From Camelus dromedarius (taxonomy: Eukaryota), in contig NC_087436.1 in NCBI RefSeq assembly GCF_036321535.1, forward strand, positions 102,426,001-102,490,000: a stretch of DNA of 64,000 nt. The letters run 5' to 3'. This document shows positions 38,552 through 51,492 of the stretch, piece by piece. Under the pieces are notes generated by a model. That model was not told the DNA's origin and made no database searches. It saw only the letters and a program-made list of their open reading frames with translations. The translations under genes were made by a program, and so were the position numbers. The stretch's first letter is position 1. The number at the start of each line of letters is the position of its first letter.

Positions 38552-38744
38552 TTTTTTTTTTTCATTTTTCAGTTTTATTAAGTAAAATTGGTACAATTTG
38601 ACTGCACATATACAATATATTGCATGTAAATACAATATACTGCATGTTTTTTAATTTACTGTTCATTGTTTCCAAGAATGTTTGGAGCTATAGCTTTTTA
38701 AACTTACATAGCTATCAAAGGAATAAAGCCAACCAGAAAATAAG

Positions 38745-38922
38745 AATTAATTCAAAAAGATACATACACCCGCTATTAACAGCAACATTATTTATAATTG
38801 CCAAGGTATGGAAGCATCCTAAGGGCACATCAATAGATGAATGGATAAAGAAGATACAGCATATATATGTAATGAAATACAACTCACCAACAGGAAAGAA
38901 GGATATTTTGCCTTCTGCGGCT
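38745..38922 (+). mobile_element. LINE-1 ORF2 C-terminal fragment
   Basis: ORF 38620-38967 contains PLLTATLFIIAKVWKHPKGTSIDEWIKK. Confidence 0.9.
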
Positions 38923-39519
38923 CTTCATTCACTTTTTTTTTCCACTTCAAAAGCCAGAATTTTATAACTGGCATAAACAGTTCCATTGCATCAGAAACAA
39001 TAAAATGCCTAGAAATAAACTTACTGCGTTACTGTTACCTAAAATCAGGGATATGATTCTATCACCTTTCATGTCATTGTCCAAGAAAGTTTGACCTCTG
39101 TGTTTAGATTTCACACACAGATATGCTACCATTATTCATACCAGACCAGCATCGATTTGGTATTCTCTTTGATCTCTCCCATCACGCTCTTTCTTGTGGT
39201 TTCCTGCTGGCTAGCCTTACAAGCTGCAGAGTAGTATGGATACCTGGAAAAAAATCATTTTTGATCTACATAACTTCACCAAGGGTATGTGTGTGATCCT
39301 AAGAATCTCACATTTTATATAAGTTCTAAAGAAACTAGATGGCATAAATATTCTATGTATTCATCAATTGCAGGCAAAAGTAGAGATACATTTCCTTTCT
39401 TCGGGGGTATTATAGAACCCCCATGTTCTGCATTGAAATACAACTGGGTAAATGAATCTACTAAATAAAACATAGCTGACAGTCCCTAAATTTTACATAT
39501 TAGGGGGCTTTAGTTTTAT

Positions 39520-39750
39520 TGTTTATTTACCCATTCATTCTCTCTCTATTGAATGATGATTATGTACCCAGCAAGCTACACATAGGAGCTTCCAGGTTAT
39601 TAGAGGTTAAAGAGAAGCTGATCTTAAACGATAGAAAAGTGTGATTACTGTGAAACACATAGAAAAATCAACTATTCAGTTTGGGGAGAATGAAAATTAA
39701 GCTTTATAAAGATAGATAAATAGGAGTTAACCAGATAAAGGCATACGGAG
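39520..39750 (-). mobile_element. LINE-2 3' fragment
   Basis: TTTATTTACCCATTCATTC...TATTGAATGATGATTATGTACCCAGCA antisense L2 tail and GATAAATAGGAGTTAACCAGATAAAG. Confidence 0.55.
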
Positions 39751-41084
39751 AGGTGGAGTGTGGAGTTAAACGATCAATATGGAAGAATCTGCTTAGAAGA
39801 GAGAACAAACTGCAGACAGCTGAGAAAAAGAGTGTCACAGCCCAAAACTAGAAGTTTCCTGACTCCTGGAATGTAAAAATAATCCATCTGCACCATCAGT
39901 TCCTGAGACAGTGCTGACTCAAATGGGAAAGACACTGAAGGGCCGGCGTCTACCGGTGAGAATGTGGCCGAGCACACATTTTGCCGCTCTAAACCCAGTT
40001 CCCATCGTTTCTGACATAATGATTAGCATCCCTATGCCACGAAACCACAGCCTCCTGCTCTGAAGACATTGTGTCCAATCTTTATACTTTCACCCATTTA
40101 TTCTCGTGCCTACTGCTTTAATTCAATAATTTACTCAGCTTATGAGTATATCAATCAAATACCTAGTGAGTTTGACCTAAGGATCCCCAATGCCTGCTAC
40201 CCCTGTCTTCATCAGTGGTGGGACAATGGTCTCAGAACTGTTTGTCTCAATTGGCCATTTAAGTTGAACAGTAAAAGATGGGTTAATAATAACATTGCAT
40301 TGTAAAACCTTCCAAAGGAAAGGAGAATGTTCTGTGGACCATTTGTTTTTTTGTGTGAGGCATTTTTAAGTTATTAGTTTTTAAAATCAGTATACTTTTT
40401 AATGGAAACAACTTAATTAAAAATCCATCACAGAATTTCGAGACCCATTAAAACAAAGTTTAATGAGAAAAAAACAAAGCCACACAAGAGATGCTTGCTT
40501 TCATGGACTATTTTAGTTACAGAGACTAACATAAGCAGGTACACAGTTTACATGTATAAGAGTATATGATATCATTATAAATATATACATATAAATATGT
40601 AAATTCTATCACCACACTTCAGATAGAGGACTGCCTTGAATTTCTACCTATATGATTGTTGCCAGAATAAAACATTTTCCGTTCCCAAGGGGACAAACAT
40701 TTTTTTCTTTCTTCAGAATAATGAGCTTCTAGAGAAAAGGAACCCAAAAGGACACTCCAGACACACAATGCCATTTGATAGAAATGTATTGTGGTTTGAA
40801 CCTTCTTGTTTACTGACGTGGACTTGGTTCAATTTCTGGTAATCCCCAATACGAACCATGGGCCTTGGGGACCAGCCTACTTTAAAATGCATCACCTTAG
40901 CCATGTCCACGACATTTTCCTATTACCCAACTGTTCAGTCCTTGTGTTCCTTAAAAGTTCAAGTGTGCTTAATATCCATCCTTCATATGTTCCTTTGACT
41001 TAGTGATTTCTCTATGGCCTGGAATATTCAACAAAGACTTTTTCCCCTATATTAATGCCTCTATTGCTCAGGAAAGTTTACTTA

Positions 41085-41320
41085 TGCTACGAAGCCAAAG
41101 TAACTTCTAAATCTCTGTGTCCTTACAACAAAGTTTATTTTCCACTAGCTTTACTTGTCTAATTCAGGTTGCTGGGGACTCGACTCTGTTAGTCAATCAG
41201 GGTCTAAGAATGACAGAGGACCCACCGTCTTGTGACACCAACATCTTAACACACAACAGTATCCTCAGCAAGGGGGAAGACAGAGCAAGAAGTCACGTCT
41301 GTTCTTCACTGCCTGGAACT
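41085..41320 (-). mobile_element. Old MaLR (MLT1) fragment
   Basis: AATCTCTGTGTCCTTACAACAAAGTTTATTTT...CAGGGTCTAAGAATGACAGAGG, antisense MLT1-like. Confidence 0.5.
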
Positions 41321-41429
41321 AGAGGTTTTTTTTTTTTTTTTTTTCAAAAAAAGTCTAAATTTAGGCAACCCAAGTTTAACTTGAGACCCAGGATCCATGA
41401 CTGATACATAGCTGTCCATTTGTCACATT

Positions 41430-41610
41430 TATGTAGTGTTCAGAAAGTGTGTTCTCTATGCTTTCTCTCATTTTTTCTTTAACAGAAATACCTTCAGCAA
41501 GAATTATTATGCCCATTTTGAAGAAAAGAAACTGCAGTTTTCAGTTCAAGATCACAAGGTAAGAAGAGAAAAGATTTAAGTCTACGCCTCAAAACCAGGA
41601 CTGTTTTCTC
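41430..41610 (-). mobile_element. MIR SINE fragment
   Basis: ATTATTATGCCCATTTTGAAGAAAAGAAACTG...TCAAGATCACAAGGTAAG. Confidence 0.6.
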
Positions 41611-43064
41611 TTGAAATAAATCCACTTTCCTTCCTCTTATACCGTATCTGCCATACTTAGAATCTGATCATTAAATGTATATGGAGCCATAGGTTTTATG
41701 GAGACCTTTCAAATAATTTAACCAAATTCCCTTGTTTTACCAAAGCGAACACCAAAGGCAAGAAAGGTTAAACGGCTCACCTGTCATATTCGCTAACTCC
41801 CACTCATCTAACTTCAAAATCCTCACTTGTTCTATGACTCCACAGTAACAGTAGGTTAAGTGCTAAGAGGTATGAGACGCTCAATCTATATATGTAGTTG
41901 AAGGAAGTGTTATAACTGATGTATTATGTAACATCCTCACTAGCCTGGTTGGAGATCTTCATTCTCACCTTCTGCGATTTCCATTATCACTTTAGTGCCA
42001 AGGTTATGGACCAAATTAACGTGAAAACATGCTGTTCTTCTCTTCTTCTGTCCTTATGCACCTCAGAAGCCTCTACCCTACTGTTAGCAGCTTGCCTGCC
42101 CAATTCTATTCTAAATTGGCTCCTCAGTAAGAAGTGATTCATCAGTGATGATATTTCTAGGATTTCAGCTTGCTAAGAAATTGGCAGTCCAGTCCTTTTA
42201 TAAGAGGGTTTTCCAAAAGAGCCTAGTCTGCAGAAGACAGGAATAAGTGTTTATACAAGACACACTGTGAAATATATCTCCCACTTCACTCCTATCACTC
42301 TGGCACCAAATTCTTCCCTTTTTAAGTTCAGAATTTCCCAGACTCCTGGCCCCTGTTAAGTATAGAGGTGATAATAAAGCTGAAATCTTCTACCTGAAAG
42401 TTTAAATGCTCAAATTCCAAGATTCTTCGAATGTAACTTTGTCTCCATTAAGGATGTTGAGGATGACATCTTCAAAATGAGGACTCTTTTTCTCACTTTC
42501 TCTCATCTCATTTTTCTATGATTAACTCTTTCTCACTTGATCAATGAAAGTCTCACCTTTGGGTAAAGGGAGATGGTGAATTGATCTGTAACTGACAGAT
42601 TTGAAAGCAATTAGTGGTATTGGTTGAAAATTTAATACAACAAATATTTGCTGAGGGTAAAATGTGATATCTACTCCTAAGTGAGCATTTTAGCAGCTTT
42701 ATAATCTACCTTAGTTCTATTGGATATTCCTACATAGAAGTAATATATTATTGTCCCTAATAATAGCTCTCATTAGATATACCTATTATTTGCATTATAT
42801 AAAAGTCACTGTATTTTAATGAATGCTACTCACTATTGGGAAATCTTCTCTACATCCTCTTAAGAAACCAAATCTCAGTTATATTTAAGAAAGCTGAGTA
42901 AATTTAAACAGTGTACAGGACAGTGTTCCCTAAAGCATGACTTTGTATGCAATTGGGGATACTTTAGATCATTTTAGGTGTTACATGAATATTTTTGAAT
43001 TATGAATTATAATTATGAATTGATTTTACATGTATTTTAAAATATAGTAATATGCTCTACTAAT

Positions 43065-43480
43065 CAGGATTGTGGCAGGTAATTCATAGGTTAATAGAAA
43101 ATGTTTAATTAAAGAAATAGAAAAATGTGAATGGAGTTTAAAAAAAGAAATTATGAAGCACCCAGGGTTAAGCAAGAGTGGGAAAGCCATTCTTACCTTT
43201 AAGCTTGAAGGGGCAAGTGGAAGGGAAGACAGACAGAGATCTATAGCTGTAGAAGAGAACTATGGCCTTGGGCACAGGAGACTGGCAATTGACTTCTTGA
43301 GAACCAGTAAAGCGAACTAGGGCTTTACCCTGGTAAATACTAAATAATCAGACCTTGCCTTCTTATCACCTGTGCTCTCCAAAAGCTGAAGGCACCCAAA
43401 ACCCAGAGGGGAAGGGGGTTTGACTGATACGGTCCATAGTCACAGAGAAAGGTAGGAAAGAGTAGAGAGTAAATTAACAT
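43065..43480 (-). mobile_element. ERVL LTR (LTR33-like)
   Basis: GAAGCACCCAGGGTTAAGCAAGAGTGGGAAAGCC and AAAACCCAGAGGGGAAGGGGG...GGTCCATAG...CACAGAGAAAGGTAGGAAAGAGTAGAGAGT resemble antisense LTR33. Confidence 0.6.
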
Positions 43481-44049
43481 AATTTAAGAGTATTAGCTAG
43501 AGAGGCAAATTGAGAGTATTGCTCATTTTAGGAAATACTGCTGCCCTGGTACACATATAAAGGACTCTGTATTAACTTCAGTCAGAAAGCAATAAGTTCC
43601 TTTCTAAAAATTGTATTGAAAGCTCTAGATGTGACATTTTATAAAAATGTATGTATATGTATAAGGGTGTGTGTGTTTGTGAGGTGTTTTACTTGTGGTC
43701 ATTGGAATAGTCTTATAATTCCTCTTTTAATTGGCAAATGACACATGGAAACTCTAAAGAGGGTCTAGATCTGTGACTTTACTACATCTCTGCTTCCTAT
43801 TAATTTTTTTTTTCCCTGCAATTTACTACTTTATATGTAGGACACAGAACACAACTATAGAAAACACGTAATTTTCCAGCATCTGTGGAAAAGTTATGAA
43901 GATGTATTACATAATTGGATAACCATGCAGCCTGATTCGCTCAAGCTGTTTTTCTGAGGGTTATAATCTCTTTTTCACACTCAAAAGTGTAACAGATCAG
44001 AAAATAAGTAATATTATCACCTTACATTTACTGAATTGTATAGGGGGTT

Positions 44050-47000
44050 TCAAAAAAATTTTTTTTCAAATTCTAGATCATACTTTATAACTATGATGCA
44101 GTAAAACAGAAACCAATTAAAAAATAATTTTAAATCTCCTATATTTCTGAAAAATTAATGAACACTTCTAAGTTACATCTTAGTTAAAAAAATCACAATG
44201 AAATTTGGCAAGTATTTTGAACTAAATGATAAAAATATCACTTGTCAAAACTTAAAGCCTAGAAATAAGGCAGAATTTAAAAGGAATACAGTGCCATAAA
44301 TCTTACACTAGGCAATTATAAAAGTAAGGTAGTAAACTAAACATTCATTCAAGAAGTTGGACAAAATTATTATAGAAAAAAATTCTAGAAGGAAAAAATA
44401 TTAAGAGAGCAAAGTAAATAATGGAGGAAAAAAGTTGAATCTACTATGCAAATGTAAAGGAAAAAATAACTCAGATATGTCAAACATATTTAAAAATAGA
44501 AAATTTTAGAAAATATGAAGCATTTTGAATATTTAAATGAAATATACAAATATAATTAAAATCTTAAAACCTTAAAATTTATATATTTTTCTGAATTAAA
44601 TCATCAGACACAATTATTCCCATGAAATAACTTATGGCTAAAAAGACTTCACCACTAAGTTTTTCCAAGCTTTCAAAGAATATTTATTTCCAATATGACA
44701 AAAACAGTTAAAAAATAAACTATGAAGAGACCTTTTTCAGCTCATTTTAGGCTACCTTGCTATCAGAACCTGAAAAAGACATCAAAGAAAGAAAAATTTA
44801 AGGCCAATCTTAAATCATAAATAATGATTAAAAAAACCCTAAATAGTGTATTAATAAACTGTTCCAGTAAGCCATCATAATTAACTTTAGATTATCTGAT
44901 GAGGGTAAAGTTAATTTAACATTAGAAAATTAAAGTTTAACCATGTTAAAGAGTAAGGAGTAAAAAAAATGAAATAGTCTTTTGCATAGATGCCATAAAA
45001 GCATTTAAAAATTAAGCAACCATTCATGTTGTTTTTTTCAAGTGGAAATCTAAGAGGCTTTTTCAAAAAGGGATTAAAAAAGTGTCCTCAAAAGTTAGAG
45101 CAAACAATATTAAATGGTAAAATGTGCAAACCCTTCTTTTTCATATTCAATTTAAAGCCCAAATGCCTGCTATTAACATTTTGATTTAACATTTTACTTT
45201 AGATCACAGCCAATACATTAAATGCAAGCAATTAAAATAAATGTTATAAGAATTTGAAAGGAAGAAATGACTTTCAATATTCACAGATGATATTACTTCA
45301 TACATAGAAATTCCCAAAGCAATTAATAGATAATATTATTAGAATTAATGAATGAACTCAGAAGCATTGCTGGGCAAAAAATAAAGAACCTCACAAATTA
45401 ATGTTATAGTCCAGCATTAAATCCTTAGAAAATAAATGGCTAGAAAATAAAATTTTTTATAATGACACCGTTACCATAGCTGCAAAAATACCAAGTATCC
45501 GGGAATAAACTTAAAAAATATAAGACCTTTACTGAGAAAATTACAAAACTATTTAGAAAAATTCTAAAGATCAAACTAATTCTATGAATTGAAAAACTCA
45601 TTAAGTTCATTACTGGAAAAACATCTGTCAAAATTAAGTGTGTAACTTCATTGTGTAACTTCAATGTGCTATAAATTAAAATAAACACACTGCTATTTTG
45701 TAGAACTTGGAATGCTGAATTTAAATTTTATTTCAAGTACAAAAGGACAAGAGTAGCCCAAGACACACTTAAAGAAGATCAAGTGGAAAGATTTGCCATA
45801 TCAAGATACATTGAGTAACTAAATGTGTGAGGAAGAACTATAAAGATTTCCAGAGATAACATAATACAGGAGAATATTTTCATAACCTCAGTCTAGACAA
45901 AGGTCTTCTTAAGCAGAACAACAACAACAACAAAAGGTATTAACAATATATCAAAGGATCTATCTGATTAAGTTACAAGTAAGAACTTTTGGTAAAAATC
46001 ATTATAAAGGAAGTTAAAAGACTTGATAAGAATACATGTGGTGGAAAAAGACGAATAACAAAATACAGAATGGCTCTCAGGAGAAACAGACAAAGAATCT
46101 TTTTTAAAAAATGGGGGGCAGAACATGTAACCAGGCATTTTACAAAAGGAGAAACATAAAAGTCCAATGAAGATATAAAAAATATGTCTAGCCTCATTAA
46201 TAAACAGGTAAATATATATTACAGCCACAATAAAATACATTTATATACCATTTTTGGAAGATTGGAAATGCCAAATGTTGATGAGAATGCAGAGATATGA
46301 TAAATTACTGGTCCTAATTCTTCACTTTTCCCTCTAACACACATCGTTGCCATATAACCAAGTAGTATTTCCCACCAAAAGTGGAGTACCTTTCCTTGCT
46401 TCTGATTGTTGATTATCCTGGTGGCTTGTTTTGGCAAGTGGGATATTAGCAAAAGTTGTGTTAACAGGAGCTTTGAAAGTGTGTGTGCCTTGCTTTCTCA
46501 GGCATCTGCCATCAGAAATAGGAAGATGGGATGAGGGGACATGGAGCAGACTTGGACCCGCACAACTGCAGTGTGAAGCAGAGACAACCCTTGGATTATA
46601 ATAATGAGAATAAACAATCACAACGTTCAGCCACTGTGTTTGAGGTGGCTTGTTTAGCCACATCATTGTGGCAATAACGAACCAATGCAGATGCAAGGGG
46701 AACTCTCACAGACTGGTGGCAGAAGCACAAATTGGTATAAACATTTTGGAAAATAATTTTTCATTACTTATCAAATATGTATCTATTCCTCTAAACCCCA
46801 GAAATTCCACCCCTGGGCAAATACACTAGAGAAGGTCAGGATGCATTTAAAAGAACGTGCAAAACATTGTCTGTAGTATTCAAAACTGAGAAAATCCTAA
46901 ATAGGATAAATAAATTTATACATTGTAATACAGTTATAAAATGGAATACAATATCACTCAGGTTATAAACCTATTTGCTACACATATCAACATGCATCCT

Positions 47001-47110
47001 ACAAACATAAAATTGAATCAAAGAATGTTATTCTACTGAACATACATTTTGATTCAATTTTATAAAATTCAAAAACAGATAAAACTATAGAGCTCAGGAA
47101 TGCACACATA
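44050..47110 (+). mobile_element. Ancient, highly decayed LINE-1 (L1ME/L1MD-type) ORF2 and 3' end
   Basis: A-rich strand with recognisable ORF2 landmarks (AAGTATTTTGAACTAAATGAT; ATATTCACAGATGAT at ~45280, the FADD region; GGAATAAACTTAA; AAATTCAAAAACAGATAAAACTA). Interrupted by an MLT1 LTR. Confidence 0.8.
46330..46690 (+). mobile_element. MaLR LTR (MLT1I/J-like) inserted in old L1
   Basis: GGCTTGTTTTGGCAAGTGGGATATTAGCA...CACAACTGCAGTGTGAAGCAGA...TTGTTTAGCCACATCATTGTGGCAATAAC. Confidence 0.75.
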
Positions 47111-47124
47111 ATACATAGATATGA

Positions 47125-47600
47125 GATATTTGTTATTTTCTTGGCTCTTCTGCATCGTGGCTTCCTTCTATTTAAGGAATTTCACACCATGAGAATTCCT
47201 ATGTGCCCACCTCTCAGGTGAGAAGCTGGTACTTCTAGCACCACCCTGATGTCTAGGTCGTGAGTATACAATCAAGGCTCAGCCAGTCAAAATACCCTGC
47301 CTGGAGCTTCCAGTCTAAAGTAAAGGCAGGGCCATGAAGAATTTATGATGCCACAAGACCAGTGTTCTGTGTGACAGTAGTCTCCAACAGCATCTTTCTT
47401 TGGTGAGGTTTTGGTTGACATTCTAGCAGTCTAACCTCTTTTGACCTGTGATGTAGTTTTGTTTTTGTTATTGTTTTTGGTCTAAGTCACCAATCTCCTG
47501 GAACTTCTCTGTGTAAGCCTCTACACTTTCAGTGACGTCTTCTCCTTAATGGGCCAGAGGCGAGGTGATTGCTAGGGCCTGCCACTAGGAAACCTGTGAG
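47125..47600 (+). mobile_element. ERVL LTR relic (LTR16/LTR33-like)
   Basis: AAGGCTCAGCCAGTCAAAATACCC and CTCCTTAATGGGCCAGAG...CCACTAGGAAACCTG, decayed motifs. Confidence 0.45.
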
Positions 47601-49234
47601 ATACCATCTAACAGTCTAACAAGATCTTAAGATGGACATAGACTGCCTAGGATCTTTCTTTCAAGTTTGGGCCCACAGGGTTCTTAGCAAAGAATATGTT
47701 CTGCTAACCATATGCCTGCCTCACTACCAGGTATCTGAAGCCCTGGATAAACCTGGGTCAGTGATTCCATTCTTCATAAGTAGACACTCATTTCTAAATT
47801 ATTTTGAAACTGTAATCTCCAGTGAGCAAAGAGGCTTTGTTTTTCTGTCAGAATGTGCCATGAGCATTGCTCTGAGCCACCTTGCCTCTCCACAGGAAAT
47901 TGCCTCATTAACTTCCGTGACATTATAAGAGCAGCCATATTACCTCGTGATGTTGGAAAATACATTCAACTGCCATTTGTTGCTTTACTTTAGCATCCTC
48001 TGTGACTTCTAAATGGGAATCTGTCCTTTTGAAACTGCTACATCCTTTTATTTTTCATGTTTTAGTAATACAAAACCCTTTGAAAAGCCTGGAAGGGTTT
48101 ATAAGCCATGATAATTTGTAACAAACAAAAACATAAAAGAAAAATGTCGTGCGGAACAGAGTAAATCCACATGAGACACTGGTTTCACATCCATTTTGAC
48201 TCTAGCAGCAAAATAAGAGCACCAGACAATCAACAGAGGGAAAATAAAAGGCAGAAAAAAATCCAAAAGCCTGGCAAACAATTCTGAACATGAAATAAAG
48301 GCAGCAACACAGAGAAGGGCAAACTGAAATAAGGCAAACAAAATCTAAAATAAAAAAGGTAAGCCATCATGAAAATAATTGGTGAAAGTCAAAAATAAAT
48401 AATCAAGCTAAGCTAAATGATAAAGAATGAGAGGAAAGAAATGTAAGATTCAGATTTCATTTTCTCAAACAAGAAAGGATGCACTCAAAGAAGAGGAGAA
48501 AGGAAGCCCTAGGAAACGGGAAAGAATATTATAGCAGGTGCAAGTTTTACCCCATAAATCTTAAGGTATCTGGCAGACTTGAGATAAGCTCACTCTTTAT
48601 TAAACACATGTAGATAAATTTTTTTGCTGTTGTCAAAATTATACTCACTCACTGTTAAACCATCAGTCTTCACTGCCATATGGAATAAAGGGCTCAAAGC
48701 AGAAAGAATTTCAGGTTTAGTTTTCAGGGTTAAGTTTCCATAAGTACTTATAGACACAAAACAGGTCAGAGAAGAAGGGCGTGTCAGCACATTCTGCAAA
48801 TCAGTGACTCTGTTAGTGTATAAGTCTTTCCAATAATTTATTCAGTGATATATTTAATTAACAGTCACTGTTCTTCAAACTTGTGTAGGCTACTCTAATC
48901 ATAGGTCATTTCCAAGAGGTCCCATTGGACAAAATTAAAGTATTTATTTCCAGCGCATGGAGATTTTCAAAGCAATCTCACAGATGCCAAGTGTTTCTCA
49001 CTGTTAGAGGTTCTTATATTGTTTCTAAACAGCTCATAGGAGGAGGTAAGAGGTATCTTACATAAAGACTGTGACATTTTCAGGCAAGCACTCTCCAGTG
49101 AAATTTATGGGAGAATTAAACCACATAGAAAATGGTTTGTGGGAATTTTTTTGCAATAGTACTATTCTAGATGCAAAGGAGAGAAGAAAACTGGTTACAT
49201 ATAAGAGACGATTTAAGACATTGCTTTTCAAAGG

Positions 49235-49380
49235 GCCTCAGCATCACGTAAGAACTTTTTGGAAATGCAAATTATGAGTTCCCACCTCTGATCTCTCGAA
49301 TCAGATGTTCTGAGGGGCAGAACTAGGCAATATGTGTTTTAATGAGAACTAGAGATACTCTGATATATGCTAAAATTTAT
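49235..49380. mobile_element. MER5A-type hAT-Charlie MITE
   Basis: CAGCATCACGTAAGAACTT...GAAATGCAAATT...GAATCAGA...TATGTGTTTTAATGAG...CTGATATATGCTAAAATTT. Confidence 0.75.
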
Positions 49381-49394
49381 TGATTGATTTAATT

Positions 49395-51105
49395 ATTTTT
49401 AATTGAAGAACAGTTTATTGTTAATGTTATATTAGTTTCAGGTGTACAAAATAGTGATTCAATATTTTTGTAGTTTATACACTATTGAAATTATCACAAA
49501 ATAACAGCTGCATTTCCCTGTCCTGTATTCTTAATCCCCTTCTCCCGACTTGCTTTTCCCCCAGTCCCTCTACTTACTGGTAACTTCTAGTGACCTCTAG
49601 TGTCCTCTACATCTGTAAGTCTGTTTATGTTTTGTTATGTACATGTTTGTTTTGCTTTTTAGATAGAAAAGATAAGTGATAACATTCAGCATTTAGTATT
49701 TACCTTTCCCTGTATGACTTATTCCACTAGGCATAATGCTCTCTAGTCTGTCCACACTGTTGCAAATGGTAGAATTTCATTCTTTTTATGGCTGAGTAAT
49801 ATTCCATTTACATATAAACTACATCTTCTTTATCCACTTATCTGCTGATGGACACCTAAGTTGCTTCCATATCTCAGCTATTGTAAGTACTGCTGCTATG
49901 AACTTTGGGTACATGTACATTTTCAAATTAGTATTTTCATTTTCTTTTATATATACTTAGGTGTTGGATAGTTGGATAATATTGTAGCTCTATTCTTAGC
50001 TTTTTTGAGGAAACTCCATACTGTTTCCCATAATGGTTGCATCAATTTACATTCCCATCCACCAGCAGTGTATGAGGGTTCCCTTTTCTCCACATCCTTA
50101 CCAACATCTGTTATTTGTAGATTTTGAATGATAGCCATTCTGACAGGTGTGAGGTGATATCTTATTGTGAGTTTGATTTGCATTTCTCTGATTAGCTATG
50201 ATGAGCATATTTTCATGTGCCTGTTGGCCATCTGTATGTCTTCTTTGGCAAAATGTGTATTTAGGTTTCCTGTTCATTTTTTAATTGGGTAGTTTTTTTT
50301 TTTTTAACATTTAGTTGTATGAGTTGTTTATATATTTTAGATATTAACCCCTTATGGGTCATACCACTTTCAAATATTTTCTTCTAATCAGTAGATTGTA
50401 TTTTTGTTTTGTTGGTTGTTTTCTTTGCTATGCAAAAACGTTAACATTTCCTTAGTTCTCATTTGTTTATTTTTGCTTTTGTTTCTTTTGCCCTAGGAGA
50501 CAGATCAAATATATATATATATATATATTGCTGCAATGTATGTCAAAAAGTGTTCTGCTATGTTCTCTTCTAGGAGTTTTATGATTTCAAGTCTTACATG
50601 TAGGTCTTTAATCTATTTAGAGTTTCTTTTTTATGTATAGTATGAGAAATGTTCTAATCTCATTCTTTTACATGTAGCTCTCCAGTTTTCACAACATCAC
50701 TTATTGAAGAGACTGTCTTTTTTCCATTGTAAATTCTAGCCTCCTTTGTCATAGATTAATTGGCATTGAGTGGGTGGGTTTATTTCTGTGCTCTCTATTC
50801 TGTTCCATTGATGTATGTGTCTGATTTTGTTCCAGTACCATGTTGTTTTGATCACTGTAGCTTTGTGTAGTCTGAGGTCAGGGATAATGATGCCTTCAGT
50901 TGGGTTTTTTGTTTTCTTTTGTTTTGTTTTCCCTTCAAGATTACTTTTGCAATTTTGTGTTTCAATATAAATTTTAGGATTATTTTGTTCTAGTTCTGTT
51001 AAAAATGTCACGGGTATTTTGATTGGGGTTGCATTAAATCTATAGATTGGTTTGGGTAGTATGTACTTTTTAACAATATTAATTATTCCAATCCAAGAGC
51101 ATGTC
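49395..51105 (-). mobile_element. 5'-truncated LINE-1, ~1.7 kb (ORF2 3' part plus 3'UTR)
   Basis: ORFs 49947-50183 ([19 protein letters not shown]) and 50736-51110 ([27 protein letters not shown]) are L1 ORF2 fragments. Confidence 0.96.
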
Positions 51106-51144
51106 TTCAAAAGAAGACAAATATATGATTTGAGAGTTACAAAG

Positions 51145-51492
51145 CAGAAATTTTTAAATAACTATGATTAATATAGATAACATATATAAACAGATTGGTA
51201 ATGTAAGCAGAGAGAAAGAAATGAAAACCTAAGAAAGATTCAAGGGAAAATTCTAGAAATCAAAATTACTATAACAGAAATGAGGAATGCCTGGTTGTTT
51301 TCATCAGTTGACTGGATGTAGACAAGAAAATGATCAGTGAGGTGCAATACGAGTCAATAGAAACTACCCAAACTGAAATCCAAAGGGAAAAAAGAATAAT
51401 AATGATGATAATAAAAGAACAGAACATCCAGCAAGTACAGAACAATTTCAAAGCATCTAACATATGCCTCATTAAAATAGTTGGAGAAGAAA
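51145..51492 (+). mobile_element. Old LINE-1 ORF1 fragment
   Basis: ORF 51330-51698 N-terminal part ISEVQYESIETTQTEIQREK...EQNIQQVQNNFKASNICLI is the ORF1p coiled-coil/RRM boundary. Confidence 0.8.

Noticed and set aside
42920..43060. Possible hAT-Charlie relic flanking the LTR33-like element
   Set aside because: Only a CAGTGTTCCCTAAAG terminus-like motif is recognisable; too decayed to call without a profile search.
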